Below are positions 37,693-50,710 of a DNA stretch of 64,000 bases, piece by piece. Numbering within the stretch: the stretch's first letter is position 1; each line of letters opens with the position of its first letter. A program made the translations under genes and the position numbers. The stretch is from the NCBI RefSeq assembly GCF_004010195.1, contig NC_057718.1, positions 13,911,001 through 13,975,000 on the forward strand. The letters are read 5' to 3'. The stretch comes from Chiloscyllium plagiosum (Eukaryota). Under the pieces are notes generated by a model. It was not told the origin of the DNA. It saw only the letters and a list, made by a program, of their open reading frames with translations, and ran no database searches.

Positions 37693-38207
37693 GAGGAGAA
37701 AGCGCGGAGGCTGCGAGGTCAGTGGGGGCGGAAGTGACATCATGGTTCGTGGCGGCGGTTGCTGCCACAGGCACTGCAGCGGCCGCGTGGTTAATGGCGC
37801 CCGAGTGATTTCGGAGGCCGATGGAAGATTATGGAACAGTTGAGGAACCCAGAGTGTTCCTGTATATTGGGGAGACAGGCCGCCTACTTGCGGAACGTTT
37901 CAGAGAACACCTCTGGGACACCCGGACCAACCAACCCAACCACCCCGTGGCTCAATACTTCAACTCCCTCTCCCACTCCACCAAGGAGATGCAGGTCCTT
38001 GGACTCCTCCATCGCCTCATCTTCCGCCTAGGCTTCCACCTATCGCATTTCCAACGCCCCTCCCCCAAGTCCCTCCTCCCTACCTTTTATCTTAGCCTGC
38101 TTGGCACACCCTCCTCATTCCTGAAGAAGAGCTCATGGCCGAAACGTTGATTCTCCTGCTCCTTTTATGCTGCCTGACCTGCTGCGTTTTCCAGCAACAC
38201 ATTTTCA
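37693..38207 (+). mobile_element. Penelope-like insertion (CpG-rich 5' block plus GIY-YIG 3' end plus hammerhead-bearing terminal repeat) inside a decayed CR1 (~37650-38900)
   Basis: 14-bp TSD GCATGAAATACAAA (37679-37692 and 38208-38221); host CR1 frame GMLWFIVRGMKYK|SRKV rejoins; YIGETGRLLAERFREH. Confidence 0.88.
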
Positions 38208-39144
38208 GCATGAAATACAAAAGTAGGAAAGTTTTGTTCCAGTTTCACAGGGCATTGTGAAATTACATCTGGAGTAGTGTGGATGGTTTGGTTTCCTTAG
38301 TCAAGAAAGGATATCATTGCTTTGGAAGTAATGCAAATAAGGTTCACTCGACTAATTTCTTAGATGAAGGGATTATTTTATGAGGGAAACAGGTTGAGTT
38401 TACAACAATGGGCTGTTATCTTATTGAACCATATAAAATCCTGAGGGGACTTGATACGTTGGATGTTGAAGGGATGTTTCTCATTGTGAGGGCGACTAAA
38501 CCCTAGGGAACACAGGTTAAAAATAAAGGAGTCTCCAGGGGAAGGGGAAGATGAGAATTTTTTATCAGGTTTTTCATTAACTTAGGGTTACTAATCTGTG
38601 GAATTCTCTTCTGCAGAGACTAGTGGAGGTTGGGTCATTGAAAACAACAAATGCTGGAGATCAGAGCGGGTCAGACAGCATTCATTTTTGTTGTTTTCAG
38701 TACAGATTCCAGCATCTACAGTAATTTGCTCCTATGTTGGGTCATTGAGTAATGTTTCAGGTTTAGCTGGATTGACAAAGGTGTCAAATAGAAGGGAGTA
38801 GTAAAGAAAGCAGAGGCCACAATCAGATCAGCCACAATCTTATCAAATGGTGAGCAGGCTTCATGGGCCAGATGATCTCTCCTGTTCCTAATGCGTATGC
38901 TCGTACATAGTAAGCCACATTGGGAGATATTCGGATGGATGACCGAAAGTGCAGGAGTGCCTTAAAGGGAAAGAAGGATAAACAGGTTTCAGGAGGGAAT
39001 TCCAAGCCTCAGAGTTGAAGGCCAATGATCCAACATTGAAAGTAGGGGATGCACAAGCTAGATTTGGAAGGATGTAGAAATTCTGAAAAGTAGGATGGCC
39101 GGATCAAATTAAAAGGTAATAAGGAGGGGACATGAAAGGTCCTT

Positions 39145-40699
39145 AGTTGGTAGGATTAGGGAAAACCCTAAGGCTTTCTATAGGTATGTCAGGAATAAAA
39201 GAATGACTAGGGTAGGAATAGGTCCAGTCAAGGATAGTAGTGAGAAGTTGCGTGTGGAGGCTGAAAAGATTGGGGAGACACTGAATGAATACTTTTCGTC
39301 AGTATTCACTCAGGAACAGGACATTGTTGCCGATGTGAACACTGAGTCACAATTAATTAGAATGAATGGCTTTGAGGTATGTAGAGAAGAGGTGTTGCAA
39401 ATTCTGGAAAGGGTGAAAATAGATAAGTCCCCTGGGCCTGATGGCACTTATCCTAGGATTCTCTGGGAAGCAAGGGAGGAGATTGCAGAGCCATTGGCCT
39501 TGATTTTTATGTCCTCATTGTCTACAGGAGTAGTGCCAGAAGATTGGAGGCAAGCAAATGTGGTTCCCTTGTTCAAGAAGGGGAGTAGGGATAACCCTAG
39601 TAACTATAGACCGGTGAGTCTCACTTCTGTTGTGGGCAAAGTCTTAGAGAGAATTGTAAGGGATAGGATTTATGAACATCTGGATAGGAATAATGTGATC
39701 AAGGATAGTCAGCACGNNNNNNNNNNNNNNNNNNNNNNNNNNNNNNNNNNNNNNNNNNNNNNNNNNNNNNNNNNNNNNNNNNNNNNNNNNNNNNNNNNNN
39801 NNNNNNNNNNNNNNNNNNNNNNNNNNNNNNNNNNNNNNNNNNNNNNNNNNNNNNNNNNNNNNNNNNNNNNNNNNNNNNNNNNNNNNNNNNNNNNNNNNNN
39901 NNNNNNNNNNNNNNNNNNNNNNNNNNNNNNNNNNNNNNNNNNNNNNNNNNNNNNNNNNNNNNNNNNNNNNNNNNNNNNNNNNNNNNNNNNNNNNNNNNNN
40001 NNNNNNNNNNNNNNNNNNNNNNNNNNNNNNNNNNNNNNNNNNNNNNNNNNNNNNNNNNNNNNNNNNNNNNNNNNNNNNNNNNNNNNNNNNNNNNNNNNNN
40101 NNNNNNNNNNNNNNNNNNNNNNNNNNNNNNNNNNNNNNNNNNNNNNNNNNNNNNNNNNNNNNNNNNNNNNNNNNNNNNNNNNNNNNNNNNNNNNNNNNNN
40201 NNNNNNNNNNNNNNNNNNNNNNNNNNNNNNNNNNNNNNNNNNNNNNNNNNNNNNNNNNNNNNNNNNNNNNNNNNNNNNNNNNNNNNNNNNNNNNNNNNNN
40301 NNNNNNNNNNNNNNNNNNNNNNNNNNNNNNNNNNNNNNNNNNNNNNNNNNNNNNNNNNNNNNNNNNNNNNNNNNNNNNNNNNNNNNNNNNNNNNNNNNNN
40401 NNNNNNNNNNNNNNNNNNNNNNNNNNNNNNNNNNNNNNNNNNNNNNNNNNNNNNNNNNNNNNNNNNNNNNNNNNNNNNNNNNNNNNNNNGGGTATGTTCT
40501 TTACTCAGCGAGTCGTGAGTTCATGGAATGCTCTGCCAGTAGCAGTGGTGGACTCTCCCTCATTATGGGCATTTAAGCGGGCATTGGATAGGCATATGGA
40601 GGATAGTGGGCTAGTGTAGGTTAGGTGGGCTTGGATCAGCGCAACATCGAGGGCCGAAGGGCCTGTACTGCGCTGTATTCTTCTATGTTCTATGTTCTA
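39145..40699 (+). mobile_element. CR1 ORF2 to 3' end, spanning an N gap
   Basis: KSPGPDGTYPRILWEAREEI..NYRPVSLTSVVGK; (TATGTTC)n tail. Confidence 0.92.
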
Positions 40700-42000
40700 A
40701 AGACAAGGATGTCAATGCATTTGAAAAAAAGATGAGAATATTAAGTAACTTTGGATCAGCTGCCTAGTTAGATCAGCAAGCTTAGAGGTAATGCATGAAT
40801 GGAACTTTGTGCAAGTACTGCAGCAAACCTTTGGATGAGTTCAACTTTATAGAGGATGGAATATAGGAGGTGAGACTACCACCGATGCGGGGATGAAAGG
40901 GGAGCAAAAGAGTACAATTGGAAAGTAACTGGTTTTAATTCCTATCTGGCAACTGAGACCAATCATCAGCTTATTATTGAACTATGATTCCGCAGAAAGC
41001 AAGAGACAAATTAAATTGATTTACAAACTTAAGATATTTTAGAAACAGAAAAAAAAGCATTTTTCCTATTGATAGATTGCAAACCCTACCTAATCATCTT
41101 TTCAATATGTTTACACAAGTTGGAAGAAATACAAATGTAAGTAACAAATGGCATAATGACAGGAAGAAGTGCCAAAGGATAAATTGCCCCTCACTTACTA
41201 AAGGCATTAATGGTGATCCAGTGCAGTACCATGTGATATTTTATTCCACATATTAGTGAAAGTCACAAAAGGGATATCACTGCGACCTGTTAAAGGATTC
41301 TCTGTTCAAGAACAGCACTGTATTGATCTTTAATCTTCAGTGAAGGAGAAGTACAAAAGAGAGAAAGTAGCAGAGTTGTATGACGTGCAGAACATACTAG
41401 CCAAGGATGTACTTGTAAAGAATCAGCTCAGCCATCTGGATATTGTAACAGAGCAGTCTGCAGATCCCTAGTGAGGCTACTGTTGAACTGAGCCACTTGG
41501 GACAACCTGTCATGGGCAATGTATTAACAGCAAGAATAAAGGTCACTGCTTAGTCTTGCCATTTCCAGAAATTTAAAATAACCATGTTTTAGATACAACT
41601 ACTAGAGCTTACATTGACCATATCTTTTTCAAACCTCTACATATTGCTGCAGTATAATACACTGTTACTTTGCTACACAGATTGCATTGTGATAGTGAGT
41701 GATGTGACTCCCTGGAATGCATGTATAAATATGCAAAATATAGTTCCTAAATCATACTAGAACAATACAACAATATGACAGTCACTACTGCACTGATATT
41801 TTATCCCACAGGGATCTTCTAGGCAGCCGTAGTGCTTATCTCCATGAATCCTCCTTATGCTACAGGGCCAACACCAGTACCACCTCTGTTTTCTCAGTGA
41901 TACACCCACAGCATGTTGACTTTTCCCATTAGATATAAATCCATGTTGGCGCTATCTTTAACGAGGTTGACAATTATGGTTTCCCTGATGTCCGGTACTC

Positions 42001-42931
42001 AATAGACAATAGGTGCAGGAGTAGGCCATTCTGCCCTTCGAGCTTGCACCACCATTCAATATGATCATGGCTGATCATCCTTAATCAGTATCCTGTTCCT
42101 GTCTTATCTCCATAATCCTTGATTCCACTATCCTTGAGAGCTCTATCCAACTCTTTCTTAAATGAATCCAGAGACTGGGCCTCCACTGCCCTCTGGGGCA
42201 GAGCATTCCACACAGCCACCACTCTCTGGGTGAAGAAGTTTCTCCTCATCTCTGTCCTAAATGGTGTACCCCGTATTTTTAAACTGTGTCCTCTGGTTCG
42301 GGACTCACCCATCAGTGGAAACATGTTTCTTGCCTCCGGAGTGTCCAATCCTTTAATAATCTTATATGTCTCAATCAGATCCCCTCTCAGTCTTCTAAAC
42401 TCAAGGGTATACAAGCCCAGTCGCTCCAGTCTTTCAGCGTAAGGTAGTCCCGCCATTCCAGGAATTGACCTCGTGAACCTAAGCTGCACTCCCTCAACAG
42501 CCAGAATGTCTTTCCTCAAATTTGGAGACCAGAACTGCAGGCAGTACTCCAGGTGTGGTCTCACCAGGGCCCTGTACAGCTGCAGAAGAACCTCTTTGCT
42601 TCTATACTCAATCCCTCTTGTTATGAAGGCCAGCATGCTATTAGCCTTCTTTACTACCTGCTGTACCTCCGTGCTTACCTTCATTGAATGGTGCACAAGA
42701 ACACCCAGATCTCTTTGTACTGCCCCTTTTCCTAAATTGATTCCATTTAGGTAGTAATCTGCCTTCCTGTTCTTGCCACCAAAGTGGATAACCATACATT
42801 TATCCACATTAAACTTCATCTGACATGCATCTGACCACTCACCTAACCTGTCTAGGTCACCCTGTAATCTCCTAACATCCTCCTCACATTTCACCCTGCC
42901 ACCCAGCCTCCTCATATTTCACCCTGCCACA
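42001..42931 (-). mobile_element. Relatively intact 5'-truncated CR1
   Basis: Open 276-aa ORF; (CTATTGT) tail; ~28-bp tandem duplication at the 5' junction (~42879-42931). Confidence 0.92.
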
Positions 42932-42934
42932 CAT

Positions 42935-43420
42935 TGTCACATGTACCTAGGTACAGTGAAACATTTTGTTTTGTGTGCAGTACATGCAGCTCATACCATC
43001 CAAAGTGCTTCAGTATAATAGAACAGTGCGAAGAATACAATGATACAGCTGCAGAGATTGTGCACTAAGAGTGTGATCAACATTAAATTTAATATTTGAG
43101 AGATCCATTCAGAAATTTAATAACAGCGGGGAACAAGCTGTTCTTGAATCTGTTGCTACATGTGTTTAAGCTTTTGTATCTTCTGCCCGATAAAAGATTT
43201 TATAACCAGGGTGCGGGGGGTCTTTGATGATGTTGGCTGCCTTTCTGAGGCAGCGGGAAGTGTAGATGGAGTCAATAGATGGAAGGTTGGCTTGTGTGTT
43301 GGACTGGGCTGCGTTCACAACTCTCTGTAGTTTCTTAGTGTTCTGGACAGAGCAGTTGCCATACCAAGCCGTGATGCATCTGGATAGAATGCTTTCTACG
43401 GTGCATCTATAAAAATTGGT
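42935..43420 (-). mobile_element. Rex1/Babar-type LINE 3' fragment
   Basis: TNFYRCTVESILSRCITAWYGNCS...KLQRVV...LPSIDSIY..RC. Confidence 0.82.
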
Positions 43421-45033
43421 AAGATGCAGGTTCACAGAGTTCTTTATGCCGTGTGAAGAGGGAACAAATATCACACTATCCGTATACTCACAGACCTGCT
43501 CATCTGGGAGCTGCACTAGCAAATCTGTAATGCATATCAACAATAATTTTAATTTAATATGCCCTGGCCACAAAGGCTCCCTTGTGATATTATCAAAAAA
43601 GTATGCTTTTATTAGAACTGGTTGCAAAGAGAAATGCTCAATGTCATCAGTAAAAGCATTATGAGTGGGTGTGTGTGGTTTACTGTTGGAACTTTTACAG
43701 CACCATTAATACCACACTCAACAGGTGGCTGGGAAAGCATATTGCTCATCAGTGGAACTCACTTCATTGCAATCATTTATGACAACATCATAAATTGTGA
43801 TAAAAATAGGGACGGATATAAAGAGAAACAAACCTCCAAAACTGATTTTGAATCTTTATTTTCCTGAATTTTATAATAAAGATTGAATACACAGAAAGAT
43901 CTTAAAAACTATAATATCTCAAAATAGTATCTTAAAAAATAAAGTTAAATGATCACACAAGGAATCTTATGCTGCAAAGTAATGTGATGTTGCCTGTGTT
44001 GGAAGAGTGGAAGCCACCAACATTCATACTTTTCAATCTGGTCCGTAAGATTCCTTTAATATTTCATTATCTTTTGAATTGATGAGCTGATAAAGAATGC
44101 AGCAAAGAATCTCAAACTTTGGCAACTTTCAGGTTTAACAAAACTTAAATCAAACTTGCCTCTGTTTATAAGAAACAATTTCTGCATTAGTCATCTCTCC
44201 ACATTTCCACAAGACTGTTGGCAAGTTCAGTTTTGAGTAGGTCATCACCAAGCAGATTTTCTTACCCCTTTTTGTGATTTCACATTCTTATCTTTTTTTC
44301 TCCCTCCTTATTTCTTTCCGAGTTCTCCTGGAAAGTCTGCCTCTTCCCAGAATTCATGGAATCAGAGAATTGTTATTGGCACAGAGGAAGACATTTAGTC
44401 CAATGTTCCTTCACCAGTTCTGTCATCTCATGCCAATCTCCTGGCTTATCATCATACTTCTGCATACCATTTCTATCCTAATAATCGTCTTATGCCCTTT
44501 TGAATGTCTCAATTGAACCTACCTCCACCAAATTTACAGATAGTGCAATCTATGCCCTAACTGCACACTGTGTGAAAAATACTTTTCTCATGTCACCATT
44601 ACTTTGCACATCACTTTTATTCTAGAAACCCGAAATTCAGAAAGAGATTCTCTGCCAGTATAGCTTTTAAATCCTCAGTTCCTTCAAACTGAAACAGCAT
44701 TCGCTAACCCTCTCATTCACAGAACACCTGCAAGCCTGTGGAAACCAGGTCAAACTCATTCCTTGTCACAGCCAAACACCATCAGATAGGAAGATGACAC
44801 CCTTGGGTTCAAAGGTGATGAGGCTTGTTAAAATGTAGTTCCTGACTGCTTCTCTTCCATAGAAATGGAAATGCAAAAACTGGGGGAATCATGCACCTTG
44901 GAAATGGCTCCCCTGAAGTAAAAATTGCAATTACATGAATTGCAAATAAATGTGTATATTTCAGTGGTGATGACTCTAAAAATATGATTGGAATTCCTTG
45001 ATGCTAATTTGCCGTCAGCCATTCCTGTGGCTT

Positions 45034-45350
45034 TGGCAGCACAGTGGCTCAGTGGTTAGCACTGCTACCTCACAGTGCCAGGGACCCAGGTTCAATTCCA
45101 GCCTTGGGCAGCTGTCTGTGTGGAGTTTGCACATTCTCCACATGTCTATGTAGGTTCTTCCGAGTGCTCTGGTTTCTTTCCACAATCCAAAGATGTGCAG
45201 TTCAGGTGAATTGGCCATGCTAAATTGCCCCAAGTGTTAGGTGTATTGTTCAGAGGCAAATGGGTCTGGGTGGGTTACTCTTCGGAGGGTCAGTGTGAAC
45301 TTGTTGGGTCGAAGGGCCTGTTTCCACACTGTAGGGAATCTAATTAATTA
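45034..45350 (+). mobile_element. HE1-like SINE
   Basis: Same head, core and tail as the copy at 32103. Confidence 0.88.
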
Positions 45351-46589
45351 ATTAATCGCTGTAATCCTTGTGGTCATAATTACATGATGTCAGCCTCCCA
45401 AAACAACCATTCTACATGGAACTCAATCACAGCAGGAATCTCTCAGGAGGAATGTGCAGGTGCTTTAGCGATGGTGACAAAGTATCCTTGAAGAAATCAA
45501 ATATACCTCTGACTCTTGGGAGTCCCTAGTTTTTTACCAATCAAAATTGAAAAGATCTGAAATTGGTGAACTCAATCTGGAGTTTAGATGGCTATGGAGT
45601 GCCTAGTTGGAAATCTAATTTCTTAGGATTCGGTTGAGCTTCATTGGAACACTATAGGAGACCAAGGATTGAAATGTTAGAGTGTATAAAGCAAGGCAGA
45701 GAACGGAAATGACAATCAACATGATGCTGGAGGTTGTAGGCTGGAGTAACGAACAGGCCAGGCAGCAGATAGAAGTGGCAGTTCACTTCCATGAAGCAAT
45801 TGAAAGTTCTATTACAGTCTGATTACTCAGTCTTCAGTTGGTGCCTGCTGACAAATTACTAGGGAAGGCACCAATCACATCAGGAGTCTTCAATGGAATC
45901 ACCAGGGGTGAAGTCAAGGAGCCAGATAGAGCACAGAGCCCTTTAGCACCTCATAACATTGATACTTCAAGCACCACCTACCCACAAGTGGCAGAGTCTG
46001 CAATTTGAGCATTGGCCATTTTAGCCATCTCAGAACCCATCAGCCTGGAAACAAGTCATTCTCAATTCTGAGGGTGCACCCAAAAAGAGAATAAACCAAT
46101 AATGAAGCTGTTGACATTGCCATCAGAAAATATTAAACATTACTGCTGAAAATACCCTGACTATAAGTAAAATACATAACAATGGTTAGCTTGGTTAGAT
46201 TGGTTAGATCTGGAGTCACATTGGGTCAAAACTGGTAAGGCATTAGTGAACCAGGGTTTTTTCAAACAATGATTCATAATAGTTTCATGGTTGTCGTCAT
46301 TGAGTCTAGATTTATTAACCAAATTTAAGTTCCATTATCTGCTGTGGTGGGATTTGAATTCATGTCCCAATAGTATTAGCTCACTTTTAGTTTACTAGTT
46401 CAGTAACAATACCACTAACCTCCTGTCTCCCTCATTTTGTCAGCTAATCCCATTCTCACAGACTTTCCATTTGTTCTTCCTGACCCCTCCCACATTTTCA
46501 TTAATTTAAAACCAATTACATTTCTACCATTCTTCAATTCAAATTGCAGGTCACAGACTTGAAACATTACCTCCAGTTCTCTTCACATA

Positions 46590-48622
46590 CAGTCATAGAG
46601 GTGTACAGCACGGAAACAGACCATTCGGTCCAACTCGTCCATGCCAACCAAATATCCCAACCTAATCTAGTCTCACATGCCAGCACACTGCCCATATCCC
46701 TCTAAACCCTTCCTATTCATATACCCATCCAGATGCTTTTTAAATGTTGCAACTGTACCAGCCTCCACCACTTCCTCTGGCAACTCATTCCATATACACA
46801 CCACCATCTGCATGAAAACGTTGCCCCTTAGGTCTCTTTTATACCTTTCCCCTCTCAACCTAAACCTATGCCCTGTAGTTCTGGATTCCCTCAGCCCAGG
46901 GAAAAGACTTTATCTATTTATCCTATCCATGCCACGATGCTCAACGGAAAACAGCCCCAGCCTATTCAACCTCTCCCTATAGCTCAAATCCTCCAACTCT
47001 GGCAAAATCCTTGCAAATCTTTTCTGAACCCTTTCGAGTTTCACAACGTCCTTCCGATAGGAAGGAGACCAGAATTGCACGCAATATTCCAAAAGTGGCC
47101 TAACCAAAAGCATACCAAATGCCTTCTTTACTATCCTATCTACCTGCGACTCTACTTTCAAGGAGCTATGAACGTGCACTCCAAGATCTCTCTGTTCAGC
47201 AATACTCCCTAGGACCTTACCATTAATTGAATAAGTCCTGCTAAGATTTGCTTTCCCAAAATGCAGCACCTTGCATTTATCTAAATTAAACTCCATCTGC
47301 CATTCCTCAGCCCAATGGCCCATCTGATCAAGATCCCATTGTTATCTGAGGTAATCTTCTTCACTGTCCACTACACCTCCAATTTTGGTGTCATCTGCAA
47401 ACTTACTAACTATATCTGTTATGCTCAGACCTAAATCATTTATATAAATGACGAAAAGTAGTGGACCCAGCACTGATCCTTGTGGCACTCACTCGTCAAA
47501 GGCCTTGTCTGATAAACAACCCTTCACAACCACCCTCTGTCTTCTACCTTTAAGCCAGTTCTGTATCCAAATGGCTAGTTCTCCATATATTCCGAGAGAT
47601 CTAACCTTGCTAACCAGTCTCCCTAGGGGAAACTTGTCAAACGCTTTACTGAAGTCCATATAGATCACGCCTACCGCTCTGCCCTCAATTGTCTTTGTTA
47701 CTTCTTCAAAAAACTCAATCAAGTTTGTGAGACATGATTTCCCACGCACAAAGCCATAGTGACTATGCCTAATCAGTCCTTGCCTTTCCAAATACATTTA
47801 CATTCTGTCCCTCAAGATTCCTTCCAACAACTTGCCCACCACCAACATCAGGCTCTGGTCTACAGTTCCCTGGCTTGTTCTTACCACTTTTCTTAAACAG
47901 TAACACCATGTTAACCACCCTCCAGTCTTCTGGCATCTCACCTGTGACTATTGATGATACAAATATCTCAGTAAGGTGCCCAGCAATCACTTCCCTAGCT
48001 TCCCACAGAATTCTAGGGTACACCTGATCAGGTCCTGATAAATCCACTTTTATGCCTTTCAAGAAATCAAGCATTTCCTCCTCTGTAATAAGGACATTTT
48101 TCAAGATGTCACCATCCATTTCCCTACATTCTATATCTTCCATGTCCTTCTCCACAGTAAACACTGATGCAAAATTATTGTTTAGTATCTCCCCCATCTC
48201 CTGCGGCTCCACACAAAGGCTGCCTTGCTGATTTTTGAGAGGCCATATTGTCTCCCTAGTTACCCTTTTGTCCTTAATGTATTTGTAAAAACCCTTTGGA
48301 TTATCCTTAACCCTATTTGTCAAAGCTATCTCATGTCCCCTTTTTGTCCTCCTGATTTCCCTCTTAAGTGTACTCCTACTGCCTTTATACTCTTCTAAGG
48401 ATTCATTCAAGCTATCTGTCTATATCTGACATATGTTTCCTCCTTTTTCTTAAACAAACCCTCAATTTCTCTAGTCATCCAGCATTCCCTACACCTACCA
48501 GCCTTTCCTTTCATCCTGACAGGAATATACTGTCTCTGGACTCTCGTTATTTCATTTCTAAAAGCTTTCTATTTTCCAGCCATCCCTTTACCTGCAAACA
48601 TCGGCCCCCAGTCAGCTTTTGA
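46590..48622 (-). mobile_element. Decayed CR1 ORF2 with internal deletions
   Basis: KSCLTNLIEFFEEV; YMDFSKAFDK; WQMEFNLDKC. Confidence 0.92.
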
Positions 48623-50079
48623 ACATTCAAGTATTTCCAACATTTTCTGTTTTAATTTTATATGGTTGACTCTTAATGGCCATGGAAAGCAAGACTTCAG
48701 TAGCAAAATCTGTTGATGAAGAAAGGAGCCCTCATTCTTCTCTCAACGGCCTTATCCACATCCCGAGAACTAGAAATTGTCTATGGTAGCGTTCCATTGC
48801 ATGACATTATGATTTTGCCTTGTAGTCAACTCTATTAAAAAATCCCTAATGTGGCACAGGATCCAATTGCACTCTCTTCTTAGCAACAGTGGGCTAAGAA
48901 GTTGCATGGTTTGCAGGCCTCTGTATACTATAGGTCGTCTTCTCAACCTGCTAAGCTTTCTCTTTTGCCTTGCCTCCTACAGTACCCCTCCAAAATGGCT
49001 GGATTTAAACCAAATAATGAAAACACAAACTAATTTTCTGTGAGATCAAGACCAAGTATAATCTATAGATAAAGTGAGACTACAGGGTGGGAGATCAGGG
49101 AAATTGGGTAAAGTTCTATCCCTCAATTTGTAGTCAAACATTCTGTTGTTTATTTACATAATATTTTGACTTGAATTACTATTTATTATAAAATCTATGG
49201 CAATCTAGAATGATTATCCATAACTCCAAAATGACCCAGGCCTAACAGACACAATGCATAACATCAGCTAGTCATCACAGGGTAGGCTGCAGGAAGTGTC
49301 TGTGCAAACAGTGCTGATGACACCACATTCTATGTGCAATAATGTTAGCATCAGCGCATGCACAGCTGGCCAGGGGCCAGGCAAGCAGAAAGGGAAGCAA
49401 AGTGGAGTCTGCACAAGGAGAGTGGTGGGAATTTCAGCACCAGCAGCCTGCCTCTGTTAGCGGGAGTGGAAGAGAACGGAAGCTGGTATCGGGAAGCACA
49501 GTGTGTTAGCCTCTGTTTTATTCAGTGGCAAGGAGAACAATTTGGAATAAAGTGCATTAGTTTTCTCTTTAAATTGTTTAAAAGTCTGAAGAACCTTTCT
49601 GAATGTACACTTCCTGTAACACTACCTTTGAGTCTGGATGCTGCTTTCAATCACTTAGCAATGACGCTGGCTTTCTCTTTGTGCATGTGTGCTCTCTGTG
49701 CCACCTACAGGTTGCATTTATACAAATCACAGCCATGGCAATTTGGAAAGTGGAGAAATGGCAAAAACACAGGGGTTTGTCCACAGGGTTGAAAGGCTGA
49801 AAGTTTTTTTTCAACAATGCACTTTATTCGTAAAAAATAGTTTTGTATATATACATAGTCACAAACACAGTTTGGTTCTGTACAGTAGCATATTGAGGAG
49901 AAAAAAAACTGTTCTGAAGAAGGGTCACTGGACTCGAAGGGCAGAATGGCCTACTCCTGCACCTATTGTCTATTGAAATGTTGGCATTGATTTCTCTGCA
50001 CAGATGCTGCCAGACCTGCTGAGCCTTTCCAGCAACCTTTGTTTTTGTTTCAAACAAACTTTGGAGTTTGACTCTATAC

Positions 50080-50710
50080 AAACAAAGACCTCTCTTACGC
50101 ATACAAGACTATATTTACATACACCTGAGGCACAAGGAGGGTCTGATCATTGAACATACCCCCATTTAACTTCAGCAGAAAGACTTCAGAACAGTGGTCC
50201 TTCCCCACTATGCCTTGGTGCACAATGTACATCCAAATAGATGGTGTTTCCTATGGTATCCCCTCTTGCTAACATTTTCTCTGGTTTCCAGGAGAAGCAT
50301 CTCTTTGATGGAATGATCACTAACCTCTTATCTCTCACAACTTCCAATATGTAGATGACACTTTTTATCCTGTGTCAAAATTTATCATTGAAATTAAGCA
50401 ATCAAACAAGCTGCCTTTCTTTGACATGTTAACTGGAAGGTATACCAATGAGTTCTCTACTACAAGTGCATATTCACTGGTCATTATACACATTGCAATT
50501 CCAAAAGTTGTGCATGCTAGAAGCTCAACTTTGTTGGGAACCTCCTGAGAGCCCGAGCCATCTGGTCACCATGTAAGCTTGATGCTGCCAAAGGAAGTAT
50601 CAAGTATATCCTCTGAAATAACAGCATTCTTATCAAATCGCTGTACATGACACAAACTCCTTGAAGCAACTGATGGCCACCATCTTTGGCCCTGAAAAAT
50701 GCCCACATTG
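50080..50710 (+). mobile_element. Highly decayed Penelope-like RT fragment
   Basis: QIDGVSYG.PLANIF, YVDDTF, LPFFDML-like motifs. Confidence 0.55.

Noticed and set aside
37831..37857. MEQLRNPE resembles the human GLA N-terminus (MQLRNPE)
   Set aside because: The match is very short, lies inside a TSD-bounded transposon insertion and has no downstream homology; coincidence.
49358..49792. 144-aa ORF in unique-looking sequence
   Set aside because: No recognisable domain or convincing splice pair; at most non-coding regulatory DNA.
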